NCBI RefSeq assembly: GCF_963921235.1
Contig: NC_086097.1
Coordinates: 27,716,001-27,780,000 of the forward strand
Length of the DNA: 64,000 bases
From: Mobula hypostoma
Taxonomy: Eukaryota
Direction of reading: 5' to 3'
The notes beneath the pieces were generated by a model, which saw only the letters and a program-made list of their open reading frames with translations, made no database searches and had not been told where the DNA came from. Within the stretch, counting starts at the first letter, position 1; every line of letters starts with the position of its first letter. A program made the translations under genes and the position numbers. Positions 40,176 through 53,488 of this stretch are shown piece by piece.

Positions 40176-42029
40176 TGTTTTCTACATTAAAAGAACCTTT
40201 TAAATTTAAGTATAAAGACTGAAGCCTTTGGCACCCTCTGTGTTTGCTGATCTAAACTGCAGCAGTGTCTGGGATGCTTTATTTCTTCAGGAGAAAATAA
40301 ATCAATAAAGATTTTAACTAGGGACAGAGATACGCCATGATTTATCGGGCTTCTACATGATAAAGTTGCTGGTCTACAACTAACATTAAAAGATCAAAAA
40401 TTATGGAACCATTCAGCAGGTCAGGCAGCTTCTATAGAGGTCAATGTCACAGGAAATTCATTATCAAAGTTCATATATGTCACCACTAACTATACTAAGA
40501 TTCATTTTTTACAGGAAAATACAACCCATGAAAACTGTACATAAACAAAGATTGATAGACAAAGACAAATCATGCAGATATTAATTTTAAAAAGTAACTA
40601 AATAATACTGAGAACATGAGTTGTAGAGTCCTTGAAATTAAGTCCACAGGTGTGGGGTTGGTTGAGTGTTGTGATGAGTGAAGTTATCTATGCTGGTTCA
40701 GGAGCCTGCTGGTTGTAGAAAGAGGAACAGTTAATGTTTCAGGACTGGGAACTTTCATCACAACTTGTCTCCGACCCAAAATATTAATTGTTTCTCTTTC
40801 TACACATGATGTTTGGCCTGTTGTGTGTTTCGTAGCATCTTGTCCTTATTTCAGGTTTGCAATGTTTGCAGTTTTATTTTGATTTTCATTAGTCAGTGCT
40901 ACAACAGAGGAGCAGAATTTGGCCATTCGGCCCATCAAGTCTGTTTCCCATTCCATCACGGCTGATTTATTACCCACATCAACTCCATTCTCCTGCCTTC
41001 CTCCCATAACCTGTGACGTCCTTACTAACCAACAACCAATCAACCTTCACTTTAAATATACCCAGTCTGCATAGTCTGCTATAATTGACCAAGTATCTCC
41101 AGGCTATAGAAAAAAAACTTGGTGATCCCACTCCTGTGACTGGTGGCTACTGCATTTGGCAAGAACAGGAGTGGGCCAAGCTAAAGATTTTTAAAGATTA
41201 ACTTTATTTGTCACATAAACATTGAAACATACAATGAAATGCATTGTTTACATCAAATCAAATCAGCGAGGATTGTGCTGGTCAGCCTGCAAGTTTTGCC
41301 ACCAGTATAGCATGCCCACACTTACTAACCCTAACTGGTATGTCCTTGGAATGTGGGAGGAAACTGGAGCATCTGGAAGAAACCCACGCAGCCATGGGGA
41401 GAAAGTAAATACTCTTTACAGACAGCAGTAGAAATTGAACCTCTGTGATCGCCGGTGCTGTAGTAATGTTATACTAACTACTCTGCAACTGTAACACCCA
41501 CAGTGATAATGGTCCAACAGTGATTAACGTGAACAATTAGACTGCAGGTCTAAGGGGCAATACTGTGACTCCAAGTGTTGATCACTTTGCACTAAAATGA
41601 ATTTTTTTGTTCTAATTCTGTTCTTTCCTGTAATATTTACATATAATTTGTTTAATTTGTGAATGCAACTTAAATGATGTTATGTGATGTCCTGCAAATA
41701 AGTTTTTCATTACAACTGTGCACCTGACAATAAACTTGACTTTATTTTTGAAGTGGCCAAGTGCATGGGAGATATGAGGACAGACTGTGCCTAGAACTAC
41801 TATCCAACACATCATGTAATATACCACTCTGAGTAACAACTTATAAGCAGACATGGAGAGGTGAGATTTTGAAGGAGGACTTATTCACATCACCATTACA
41901 AATTTGTATTAGTAGACAAAGGCACCTCAAAATCAAGGTCATCTTGATTAATCAGTCTGGAATCTCACTCGTTTTTTTCTTCCCTTAGGCAAGTTTAGTC
42001 ATGACTACATCAATTTGCTCCCTGGACAG

Positions 42030-42312
42030 CTTTTTTTTTGGCGTGTGCGTGCGTGCGTGTGCGATGTTGGCAGGATGATGTCTTTTTCATGCCTTTACAA
42101 TGCGCGGAGCGAGAGAGAGACTGTGTGGTACGCCACTCCTCACACAGACATTTCACAGTATTTTTCCCTATATTTTACGAGGTCGAGTTGCGATCTCGAA
42201 ACTCAACCTGGCACGGATGGAAAGTGTACTCGGGAGTGGCCCCGACTGGATTCGAACCTGGGAACCTTTGTTCTGGAGTCCGGCACTGATGTCATTGTGC
42301 CACCAGCCGGCC
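42030..42312 (-). mobile_element. tRNA-headed SINE with RTE-related body
   Basis: Minus strand TGGTGGCACAATG (A box) and GGTTCGAATCC (B box), then GCAACTCGACCTCGTAAAA; A-tail; CpGs retained. Confidence 0.7.
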
Positions 42313-42721
42313 CGGGAAGGTTCTTTTGAGGAAAAAAACTTTACTTGATGTGCTTCTAACCTCACAGGTATAACGCTCCCTGCCATCAGAGGTATCTACA
42401 GGAGGCATTGCCTCAAGAAGGCAACGTCTTATCCTCAAAGATCCCCACCTTCTGGGCCATGCCACCTTCTCACAGCTACCATCAGGCAGTAGATACAGAG
42501 GTCTTAAGTTTCATGCTATCTGGTTCAAGAACAATTACTTCCTTTCAACCATTTGGTTTTTGAACCAAACATGACAACATGAAACACTACTTGAGTACAG
42601 TAACGCTATGTTCGCTTTGACCACTTTGAACTACAATGGACTTTGCGGCTTTCTTGTTCCAGTCATGAGTTCTTTCTTGCAAAGATTGTGTATTATTTAT
42701 CTTATGAATACTTGCCTGTGA

Positions 42722-43490
42722 TAAGAACATAGAACATAAGAAATACGAGCAGGAGAAGGCTATCCGGCCCATCGAACCGGCCCCACCATTCAATAAGGTC
42801 ATGACTGATCTGTCCGTAAGCTCAGCTCCATCTACCTGCCTTTTCCCCATAACCCTTAATTCCCTTACTATGTAAAAACCTATCGAAATGTATCTTAAAT
42901 ATATTTAGTGAAGAAGCCTCAACTGCTTCCCTGGGCAGAGAATTCCACAGATTCACCACTTTATGGGAAAAACAGTTTCTCCTCATCTCTGTCCTAAATC
43001 TTCTCCCCTGAATCTTGAGGCAATGTCCCCTAGTTCTAGTCTCACCTACCAATGGAAACAACTTTCCTACTTCTACCTTATCTATCCCTTTCAAAATTTT
43101 GTATGTTTCTATAAGATCCCCTGTCATTCTTCTGAATTCCAGACGACTCAATCTCTCCTCATAGATTAACCCCTTCATCCCTGGAATCAACCCGGTGAAC
43201 CTCCTCTGCACTGCCTCCAAAGCCAGTATATCCTTCCTCAAGTATGGAGACCAGAACTGCACACAGTACTCCAGGTGCGGCCTCACCAGTACCTTGTATA
43301 GTTGCAGCATGACCTCCCTGCTCTTGAATTCAATCCCTCTAGCAATGAAGGCCAACATTTCGTTTGCCTTCTTAATAACCTGTTGCACCTGCAAGCCAAC
43401 TTTTTGCAATTCATGAACAAGCACTCCCAAGTCCCTCTGCACAACAGCATGCTGCAATCTTTCACCATTTAAATGATAATCTGCTCTTCT
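42722..43490 (-). mobile_element. CR1 LINE 3' fragment
   Basis: QRDLGV..LYKVLVRPHLEYCVQFWSP..VVNLWNSLP; (TTCTTATG/TTCTATG) tail. Confidence 0.9.
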
Positions 43491-45032
43491 ATTTAAACTA
43501 GAATTGTTGGGGGGTAGGAACCGAACGGAAGAGACTGGGGAAGAGGAGGTTGGCTCACAAATAAGGAAGCTTGTAGACAGTGTGAGAGGGAGGATAGGCA
43601 GGAGATAGAGAAGGGACGCGCTCAGACTGAAGGTTTGAGATGCGTCTATTTTAATGCAAGGAGTGTTGTGAACAAAGTAACAAGTTGGATAAGTCGCCGG
43701 GACCGGATGAGATGTATCCCAGGCTACTGTTAGAGACGAGGGAGGAGATTGCTGAGCCTCTGGTGATGATCTTTGCATCATCAATGGGGACAGGAGAGGT
43801 TCCGGAGGATTGGAGGGTTACGGATGTTGTTCCTTTATTCAAGAAAGAGAGTAGAGATAACCCAGGAAATTATAGACCAGTGAGTCTTACCTCAGTGGTT
43901 GGTAAGTTGATGGAGAAGATCCTGAGAGGCAGGATTTATGAACATTTGGAGAGGTATACTATGATTAGGAATCGTCAACATGGCTTTGTCAAGGGCAGGT
44001 CGTGCCTTACGAGTCTGATTGAATTTTTTGAGGATGTGACTAAACACATTGATGAAGGAAGAGCAGTAGATGTAGTGTATATGGATTTCAGCAAGGCATT
44101 TGATAAGGTACCCCATGCAAGGCTTATTGACAAAGTAAGGAGGTATGGGAAGGACATTGCTTTGTGGATCCAGAAGTGGCTTGCCAACAGAAGGCAAAGA
44201 GTGGTTGTAGACAGGTGGTCACCAGTGGAGTGCCTCAGGGATCCTTACTCTTCATGATTTTTATAAATTACCTGGATGAGGAAGTGGAGGGATGGATTAG
44301 TAAGTTTGCTGATGACACAAAGGTTGGAGGTGTTGTGGATAGTGTGGAGGGCTGTCAGAGGCTACAGCAGGACAATGATAGGATGCAAAACTGGGCTGAG
44401 AAGTGGCAGATGGAGTTCAACCCAAATAAGTGTGAAGTGGTTCATTTTGGTAGGTCAAATATGACGGCAGAATACCGTATTAATAGTAAGACTCTTGGCA
44501 GTGTGGAGGATCAGAGGGATCTTGGGGTCCGAGTCCATAGGACGCTCAAAGCAGCTGCGCAGGTTGACTCTGTAGTTAAGAAGGCATACGGTGTATTGGC
44601 CTTCATCAATCGTGAAATTGATTTTAGGAGCCGAGAGGTAATGTTGCAGCTATATAGGACCCTGGTCAGACCCCACCTGGAGTACTGTGCTCATTTCTGG
44701 TCACCTCACTACAGGAAGGATGTGGAAGCCATAGAAAGGGTGCAGAGGAGATTTACAAGGATGTTGCCTGCATTGTGGAGCATGCCTTATGAGAATAGGT
44801 TGAGTGAACTGGCCTTTTCTCCTTGGAGTGATGGAGGATGAGAGGTGACCTGATAGAGGTGTATAAGATGATGAAAGGCATTGATCACGTGGATAGTCAG
44901 AAGCTTTCTCCCAGGGTTGAAATGGTTGCCACAAAAGGACACAGGTTTAAGGTGCTGGGGAGCAGGTACAGGGGAGATGTCAGGGGTAAGATTTTTACTT
45001 GGAGAGTGGTCAGTGCGTGGAATGGGCTGCCA
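43491..45032 (+). mobile_element. CR1 LINE with an internal deletion of the endonuclease region
   Basis: ORF2 start LRCVYFNARSVVNK (about 43635-43677) is joined directly to DKSPGPD..NYRPVSLT..KFADDTK..RPHLEYC. Confidence 0.9.
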
Positions 45033-45331
45033 CTAACTTATCAATCACCCCTGATGTTATTAACTTCAAACTTTCTGCATAATCACTCAAAGAGTTGAAC
45101 TGCACGTGCATGTCAAGAGAGCTGTGTAACTCATCTGCTTCTACCTTAGGCCACGAACTTATCAATCACCCCTGCTGTGGACACTTTCTGGAGGTCCAAG
45201 ATCCGTATGCTCCATGACCGTTGGACTAAGTGTGTAAATGTAGGAGGGGACTATGTTGAAAAATAAATGTGCTAGGTTTTCTAAAATTGACTCCTTCTAC
45301 CTTAGGCCACGAACTTATCAATCATCCCTCG
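45033..45331 (+). mobile_element. Mariner-derived (irritans/Hsmar2-like) fragment
   Basis: Encodes a transposase C-terminus RWTKCVNVGGDYVEK*; ends ...AACTTATCAATCATCCCTCG|TA; the TIR segment is present in three direct copies. Confidence 0.75.
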
Positions 45332-45339
45332 TATATAGA

Positions 45340-46575
45340 GAACAGTGGCCAGGATGCGGCTACAAATTACAAAGGGAAATAGAAAAGGCATGTGAAAGTG
45401 GCAATGTTATGATAGTTATGGGGGGATTTCAATACGTAGGTAGATTAGGAAAATCAGGTTGGTGTTGGATCTGAAGACAGAGGATTTGTAGAATGCCTAC
45501 AAGATGGCTTTTTAGAGCAGCTTGTGGTTGAGCCCACAAGGGGATCAGTTATTCTGGATTGGATATTGTGTAATGAACCAGAATTGATTGTCCAAAGTTG
45601 ATTGGAAGGGAACACTGGCAGGGATGACAACAGTGCAGCAATGGTTGGAAGTTCCTGGGAGAAATTCAGAAGGGACAGGATCCCTAAGAAGAAGTAGTAT
45701 TCTAAAGGCAGGATGACACAACCGTAGCTGACAAGAGAAGTCAAAGCCAACACTTACGCAAAAGAGAGGACATATAATAGAGCAAAAATTAGTGGGAAGT
45801 TAGAGGTTTGGAAACTTTTAAAAAAACAACAGAAGGCAACTAAAAAAGCCATAAGGGGAAGAAAAGACTAAATATGAAGGCAAGCTACCCAACAATATCA
45901 AAGAGGATACCAAATGTTTTTTCAGATATATAGAGAGTAAAAGAGGTGGAAGTAGATATTGGACCGCTAGAAAAAGTTGCTGCTGAGGTAGTAATAGGAG
46001 ACAAGGAAATGGTGATCAAACTGAATAAGTATTTTGCATCAGTCTTCAATGTGGAAGACACTAGTAGTATGTTGGAAGTTCGAGAGTGTCAGGCGACAGA
46101 AGTGAGTGCGATTGTTCTTACTAGGGAGAAGCTGCTTGGGGAACTGAAAGATTTGAGGTCACCTGGATCAGATGGACTACACCCAGGGTTTGACAGAGGT
46201 AACTGAAGAGATTGTGGAATCTTTAGTAATGATATTTCAAGAATCAATAGATTCTGGCATGGTTCCAGAGGACTGGAAAATTGCAAACGTCACTCCACTC
46301 TTCAAGAAGGGAGGAAGGTAGAAGAAAGGAAATTATAGGCCAGTTAGCCTGACCTCAGTGGCTCGGAAGATGTTGGAGTCGATTGTTAAAGATGTGGTTT
46401 AGGGGTGCTTGGAGGCACATGATAAAACAAGCTGTAGTCAGCATGGTTTTCTTTAGGGAAAATCTTGCCTGACACATCTGTTGGAATTCTTTGAGGAAAT
46501 AACAAGCAGGATAGACAAAGGAGAATTGGTGGATGTTATATGTTATATACTTGGATTTTCAGACGACCTTTGGCA
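45340..46575 (+). mobile_element. CR1 ORF2 internal fragment
   Basis: Homologous to the reverse complement of 31790-33160 (EIEKAC, LEQLVVEPT, EDWKIANVTPLFKKG). Confidence 0.85.
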
Positions 46576-47411
46576 CAGTAGACTGAGGGAATAACCTTAT
46601 AGAGGTTTAGATAATCATCTGGAGCATAGAAAAGATGAATAACCAAAATCATTTCCTCAGGGAAGGGAAATCTAAAACTAGGGGGCATAGGCTAAAGTGA
46701 GAGGAGCAATTTTTTTCACACACACAAATGGAACAAAGTACCAAAGAAAGTGGTAGAGGTTTGTACGGTTATGACATTTTGATGATTTTTCGAAAGGAAC
46801 ATAGAATCATAGAGAACTGCAGCAAAAAAAAAAGCCTTTTGGCCCATCTAGTCCATACTAAACTATTATTCAGCCTAGACCCATTGACCCACACTTGGAT
46901 TATAGCCCTCCATACCCTCCCATCCATGTACCTATCCAAACTTCTCAAATGTTGCAATCGAACCTGCATCCACCATTTCCACTGGCAGCTCATTCCACAC
47001 TTGCATTATCCGCTGAGTGAAGATCCCCCTCAGGTTTCCCCTTAAGTATTTCACCTTTCACCCTTAACTATAACCTCTAGTTCTAGTCTCACCCAACCAC
47101 AGTGGAAAAAGCCTGCAGGTATTTACCCTGTCTACACCTTTCAAATTTTGTATACCTCTATCGAATCTCCCCTCATTCTCCTACGCTCCAGGGAATAAAG
47201 TTCTAACCTATTCAACCTTTAACTGTATCTCAAGTCCTCACGTCCCAACAACATTCTTGCAAGCTTTCTCTTAATCTTTCAATCCTATTATTTTCCTGTA
47301 GAAAGGTAACTAGAATTGTATGCAAAATTTAAAATTAGGCCTCATCAACTTCAACATAATATCTGAATGTTAACTTCGATAGGGATAGGAAAGATCAAAT
47401 GCAGGTAAGTT

Positions 47412-48330
47412 CACACGCACAAAATGCTAGAGGAACTCAGCCGGCCAGGTAGCATCAATTGAAAAGAGTATAGTCGCCGTTTTGGACCGAGACCCTTCAT
47501 CAAGACTGGAGTGAAAAAGATGAAGAGTCAGAGTCAGAAGGTGGGAATAGAGGAGGAAATAACACAAGGTGATAGGTGAAACCGGGAGGGCAAGGGATAA
47601 AGTAAAGAGCTGGGAAGTTGATTGGTGAAAGGGATACAGGGCTGGAGAAGGGGGAATCTGATAGGAGAGGACAGTAGGCTATGGAAGAAAGAAAAAGGGG
47701 AGGAGCACCAGAGGAAGGCTATGGGCGGGTAAGGAGATAAGTTGAGCGAGGGAAAAGGGGATGGGGGATGGTGAAGGGGGGGTGGGGGGGCAGTACGGTA
47801 AGTTTGAGAAATCGAAGTTCATGCCATCAGGTTGGAGGCTACCCAAACAGAATACAAGGTGTTGCTCCTCCAACTTCTGTGGCCTCATCGCGATAGTAGA
47901 GAAGGGCATGGACTGACATGTCAGAATGGGAATGAGAAGTGGAATTAAAATGGATGGCCACTGGAAGATCCTGCCTTTTCTGGTGGGCAGAGCATAAGTG
48001 CTTAGCGAAGCTGTCTCCCAACCTACATTGGGTCTCACCAATATACAGGGGACCATACCGGGAGCACTGGATACAGTAAATGACCCCAACAGACTCACAG
48101 GTGAAGTGTCACCTCACCCGGAAGGACTGCTTGGGGCCCTGAATGGTACTGAGGGAGGAGGTGTAGGGGCAGGTGTAACACTTGTTTTGCTTACAAAGGT
48201 AAGTGCCAGGATGATGATCAGTGGGGAGGGATGAATGGACAAGGGAGTCGCGTAGGGTGCGTCCCTACGGAAAGCAGAAAGTGATGTGGGGCAGGGGGGA
48301 GGCAAAGGTGTTTTGGTGGTGGGATCCGGC
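47412..48330 (-). mobile_element. Penelope-like element 3' part (GIY-YIG region plus terminal repeat)
   Basis: Homologous to 975-1830; GDSFAKHLCS..PVAIHFNSTSHSHSDMSV and LEEQHLVFCLGSLQPDGMN remnants. Confidence 0.85.
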
Positions 48331-48985
48331 AGGTAAGCTCATATCAGCATGGACCTGCTTTCCACACTGTGTAACACCTCAACTCTTAAATATAATGCAT
48401 ATGTTCCTAACCTTCCCATTGCCCAGGATTAAGACTATGAAAAGGGCATATGTCTCACGGGAAAGTAAAGGCTGCACACTTAATTTGAACACAGGCAAAG
48501 CATCTGCTTTACAGTCATCTTTTCAAATGACAGATGCTCTGATTAATAGGTGACCTTGAACTCAGAAAGACCACCTTCAAACCATACAACTGGCTGTACT
48601 CCCAAATGATGAAGCACGATCTTCCAAGCCAAATGCTGAGGCTTTTTAAGGCATTGGTCAGACAGCACTTACAGTACTGAGAGCAGTTTTGGACCTTTTA
48701 TCTAAGAAAGGATGTGTTGGTATTGGAGAGGGTCCAGAGAAGTTCATGAGAATGACCTTGGGAATGAAAGCATTAACATATGAGGCACATTTGATGGCCC
48801 TGGGCTTGTACTCACTAGAGTTTAGAAGATTGAGGAGGAATCTCATAGAAACCTATTAGATGTTGAATATTTCAGCCCGAAAAGTCAACTGTTTACTCTT
48901 TTCCATAGATGCTGCTTGGCCTGCTAAGTTCCTTCAGCATTTTGTTTGTGTTGCTTGAACATTGGAAGTCCTAGATTGAATGGAC

Positions 48986-49391
48986 CCTCCAAGACGACCA
49001 CAACCTTGTCATGGTTTAGAGGCTTATGTGCCTTAATGACCTGGAGAACTATGCTGGCTGGAGTCAGGGCTTTATGCTTTGGCTCTTGGTAGGGTCACCC
49101 ATGCCACACAGGTCAAAGGGTAGAGGCCAGACTAAGAGTGATCCAGTGTTCAGGGGTTCAACTCAGGGCTAACAATCCTGACTAGTAAAACAAAACTTAC
49201 AGAAACAGCAATGAAGGATCCTTCTACATCTGTGTGTGACAATATTCCTGACTCTCCACCTGGGGCTTGCATGACTGTCAGTAAACTGAAAGGAAGCTAC
49301 TGACATGATGAAGGAAGTCCTGAATGCTGCCAGAGATGGTGGACCTTCTTTACTGCTCTAAATGCCAGTGGTGTAACAGGCAAAAGAAAGA
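48986..49391 (+). mobile_element. Non-autonomous RTE-derived element (Expander/Rex3-like 5' UTR joined to a 3' end)
   Basis: GGTAGGGTCACCCATG..CAGGTC..CCAGAC and GGGCTAACAA..GTAAAA RTE 5'UTR-type motifs; 13-bp TSD AGAT(T/A)GAATGGAC (48973-48985, 49392-49404) within a CR1. Confidence 0.7.
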
Positions 49392-49991
49392 AGATAGAAT
49401 GGACATGAAAAACCTTATAATGTGGGAATCTAGGAGCAGAGAGCACATCTTCATAACACAAGGATGTTCCTTTAGAACTGAGATGAAGAGGAATTTCTTT
49501 ATCCAGAGGGTGGTAAATTGGTGGAATTCATTATCATAGATGAATGTGAAGGCCAAGTCATTGGGTATATTTAAAGCAGAGGTTAGTAAGTTATTGATTA
49601 GTAAGGGCATCAACGGTTACAGAGAGAAGGCAAGAGAATGGGGTTGAGAAAGATAATAAATCGGCTATGATTGAATATTGGAGCAGATTCGATGGGCCAA
49701 ATGGCCTAAATCTGCTCCTGTGGCTCATGGTCTTATAATAAAGCAGTAATACATTCATTTTTATATGTATTTTCAAGGAGAAAGCTTGGTTTTGCACAAA
49801 TATAAATGCCCCATAAAATATATCAGGATGGGCTGCTAGGAAGGTTGTTCAAGGCTACATACAGCAAGATATACAGTAGATTTGATAAAATGTTGGATGA
49901 AGCAATAGCAGATGGAATTTAGTCCTCACTACTGAAGGTAGGACATACAAAGCAAATGGTGGGGCACTAATAATGTATGACCAGAGATCTT

Positions 49992-51045
49992 AGACCATAA
50001 GACATAGGAGCAGAATTAGGCCATTCGGCCCACTGAGTTTGCTCTGCCATTCTATCCCAGATCCACTCAACCCCATACACCTGCCTCTTTGCCATAATCG
50101 TTGATGCCCTGACCTATCAGGAAACTATCAATTTTCACTTTAAATATACCCACGGTCTTGGCCTCCACAGCTGTCTGTGGCAGAGCATTCCACAAATTTA
50201 CTACCCTCTGGATAAAAAAGTTCCTCCTCAACTCTGTTCTAAAGGGTCGCCATTCAATTTTGAGGCTGTGCCTCTAGTTTTGGACACTCCCACCATAGGA
50301 AACATCTTCTCCGCATCCACCCTATCTAGTCCTTTCAACATTCGGTAGGTTTCAATGAGATCCCCCCACAACATTCTTCTAAATTCCAGTGAGTACAGGC
50401 CTAAAGCTGTCAAATGCTCATGTTAACCCCTTCATTCCCAAAATTATCCTCATGAACCTCCTCTGGACTCTCTCCAAAGACAACACATCCTTTCTGAGAT
50501 ATGGAACTCAAAAACTGTTGATAATACTCCAAGTGCAGCCTGACTAGTGTCTTATAAAGCCTCAGCATTATCTCCTTGTTTTTATATTCTCTTCCCCTTG
50601 CAATGAATGCCAACATCACATTTGCCTTATTTACCACAGACTCAATCTGTAAATTAACCTTCTAGGAGTCTTGCACAAGGACTCCTAAGTCTCTTTGCAC
50701 CTTTGATGTTTGAATTTTCTCCCCATTTAGATAATAGTCTGCACTATTGTTCTTTTTACCAAAATGCATTACCATATATTCCCCAACACTGTATTCCATC
50801 TGCCACTTTTTTGCCCATTCTTCCAATTTGTTTAAGTCCTTCTGTAATCGCATTGTTTCCTTAGCACTACCTATCCCTCCACCTATCTTGTATCATCTGC
50901 GCACTTTGCCACAAAGTCATCAATTCCATTATCTAAATCACTGACAAACAATGTGAAAAGTAGCAGTCCCAATAAGGAACACTACTAGTCACTGGCAGCC
51001 AAACAGAAAAGGCCCCCTTTATTCCCACTCGCTGCATCCTGCCTG
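49992..51045 (-). mobile_element. CR1 LINE 3' fragment
   Basis: EWAKKWQMEY, LYKTLVRLHLEY, LGLYSLEFRR; CTTATGGT tail. Confidence 0.85.
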
Positions 51046-51061
51046 CCAGTTGAACTCTGTC

Positions 51062-51527
51062 TGTTGTGTGTTTCCCCCTAGCTGTCAGTCTGTGGTTTTG
51101 TATTGCCATGTACTCCTGTCCCCGCTCCTGCTCTACTCCAGCCCCTGTATTACTGAGTACTCCGTCTCTCATCTGTTCCTCATTATTACCTGAATTGCTG
51201 CCACCTCTGTCTCACTGTGCTCTGCCTGTCATCTGCCTCTCTGTTTATTGCTCAGTGTATTTCACTCCTGTGTTTCCACCTGTTTGTTGCTAGATTGTGC
51301 CAGTGAATTTTCCTGAGTCTTTCCAGCATTTGTATCTGTACTCTGTCTGTCTGAATAGTGACTCTGCCTGTTTCCCAATTCTGGTTTTTGGATTTCTCTG
51401 GATGTTTTGATCTCTGCCTGAACTTTGATGCTGACTTTGTTTGCACCTTGGGATTTGTTACTCAATTAATACCACTGTGTGCACAGTACTGGGTCTGCGA
51501 TGGAGTCCCTGCTTCAGTGCCCTGACA
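51062..51527. mobile_element. Probable solo LTR (fish Gypsy-like)
   Basis: TGTT...TGACA termini, pyrimidine-rich body, imperfect 5-bp flanks CTGTC/CTGTT; the flanks belong to different CR1 pieces. Confidence 0.55.
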
Positions 51528-52092
51528 CTGTTGCAGCTATATAGGACTCTGGTCAGACCCCACTTGGAGTACTGTACTCAGTTCTGGTCACATCACTACA
51601 GGAAGGATGTGGAAACCATAGAAAGGGTGCAGAGGAGATTTACAAGGATGTTGCCTGGATTGGGGAGCATGCCTTATGAGAACAGGTTAAGTGAACTTGG
51701 CCTTTTCTCCTTTTGTGATGGAGGATGAGAGGTGACCTGATAGAGGTGTACAAGATAATGAGAGGCATTGATTGTGTAGTCAGAGGCTTTTTCCCAGGGC
51801 TGAAATGACTAGCATAAGAGGGCATATTTTTAAGGTACTTGGAAGTAGGTACAGAGGAGATGTCAGGGGTAAGTTTTTTTTACAGAGTGGTAAGTGTGTG
51901 GAATGGGCTGCCAATGGTGCTGGTAGAGGCGGATATGATAGGGTCTTTTAAGAGACTCCTGGATGGCTACACGGAGCTCAGAAAAATAGAGGGCTATGGG
52001 TAAAGCCTAGGTAGTTCTAAGGTAGGGACATGTTCGGCACAGCTTTGTGGGCCAAAGGGTCTGTATTGTGCTGTATGTTTTCTATGTTTCTA
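51528..52092 (+). mobile_element. CR1 LINE 3' fragment
   Basis: LQLYRTLVRPHLEYCTQFWS; (TTTCTATG)n tail. Confidence 0.85.
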
Positions 52093-53272
52093 TTCTTCAA
52101 TCCATATCTTTTCTGTAATGCCATGGGATTTTATCTTGTTAAGCAGCCCCATGTGTGGCACCTTATCAAATGCTTTCTGAAAAGTCAAGTAAATGACATC
52201 CACTTTTGTCCACCCTGCTTGTTACTTCCTCGAAGAACTCTATCAGATTTGTCAGGCAAGATTTCCCTTTATAGAAACCATGCTGACTTTGACCTATTTT
52301 ATCATTTGTCTCCAAGTACCTGGAAACCTCATCCTTAATAATGGGCTCCAACACTATTCCAGCCACTGAGATTAGGCTAACTGGCCTATAATTTCCTTTC
52401 TTTTGCTTTCCTCCATTTTTAAAGAATGGACCTTGCGGTCTAATTCCATAGTTCTCTGAAAGTGATAACCCAGGTCAATAGGATGATAAAAGTCAAAGTA
52501 AAATTTAGTATTAAAGTACAATACCTATATGTTACCATATACTACCTTAGGATTCATTTTCTTTCAGGCATTTACAGAAAAAAATAAAGAAATACAGCAG
52601 AATGTATGAAAAACTTTACATAAACAAAGACTGACAAACAATCAGAGAAAGAAGCTTCCCCCCTCAGGTTTGTATGTAGAATGTAAGAGTTGGAACATGA
52701 TGTTGCAGTTTTGTAAGACACTATTTAGGCTGCACTATGTGCAGTTCTGCTTGCCTGTATGAAGGAAGGATGTGTCCATTTCCTTCCACAGATGCTGCCA
52801 GATCTGCTGAGTTCCTTTAGCAGCTTGCTTTTTTTTCCCCAAACAGAATACTTCCTGAAAAAGGAGGGTAAATACTGATGTGCTTAGACCAACTAGCCTG
52901 TGTCGTAACAGGTTTATGTTTTTCATAGATCTAGTCTGTGACAAACTGCTATTCTGCCTAGTCCCATCTACCTGTACCCAGACCATAGACCTCCACATCC
53001 CACCCATCCATGTACTTACTCAAACCTCTCTCAAATGTTTCACCCTTAACCAATAATCTCTAGTTCTAGTCTTACCTGCTTACATTTATCCAACCTATAC
53101 CCCTCATAATTTTGTATACCTCTATTAAATCTCCCCTCAACCTCCTACACTCCAGGAAATCAACCCCCTAACCTATCAACCTTTGCCTATAACTTAGGAA
53201 CTCAAGTTCCAGCAACATCTTTGTAAATTTTCTTTATACTCTTTCTATCTTATTGATATATTTCCTGTAGGT

Positions 53273-53488
53273 CAGGGGTCCCCAACCTTTTTTGCACCGC
53301 GGACTGGTTTAATATTGACAATATTCTTGCGGACCGGCCGATTGGGGGTGGGGTGTTCAAGTTCAACACTGCGTGACAGGGAATGAGGAAAGGTGCAGCT
53401 GACTCATATCGTTTCATATCGCCAAATCATATAGTTTCCTCATGGCCCGGTAGCACATGCTTTGTGGCCCGGTGGTTGGGGATCACTA
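53273..53488. mobile_element. hAT (Charlie-like) MITE
   Basis: CAGGGGTCCCCAAC...GTTGGGGATCACTA termini; perfect 8-bp TSD CTGTAGGT (53265-53272, 53489-53496); interrupts a CR1. Confidence 0.9.

Noticed and set aside
42235..42312. tRNA-like A and B boxes
   Set aside because: Continues into a SINE body and tail, so it is a SINE head rather than a tRNA gene; the same applies to the V-SINE heads.
42822..43784. 320-aa minus-strand ORF resembling a novel fusion protein
   Set aside because: Chance read-through from the antisense of one CR1 into the RT C-terminus of an adjacent, oppositely oriented CR1.
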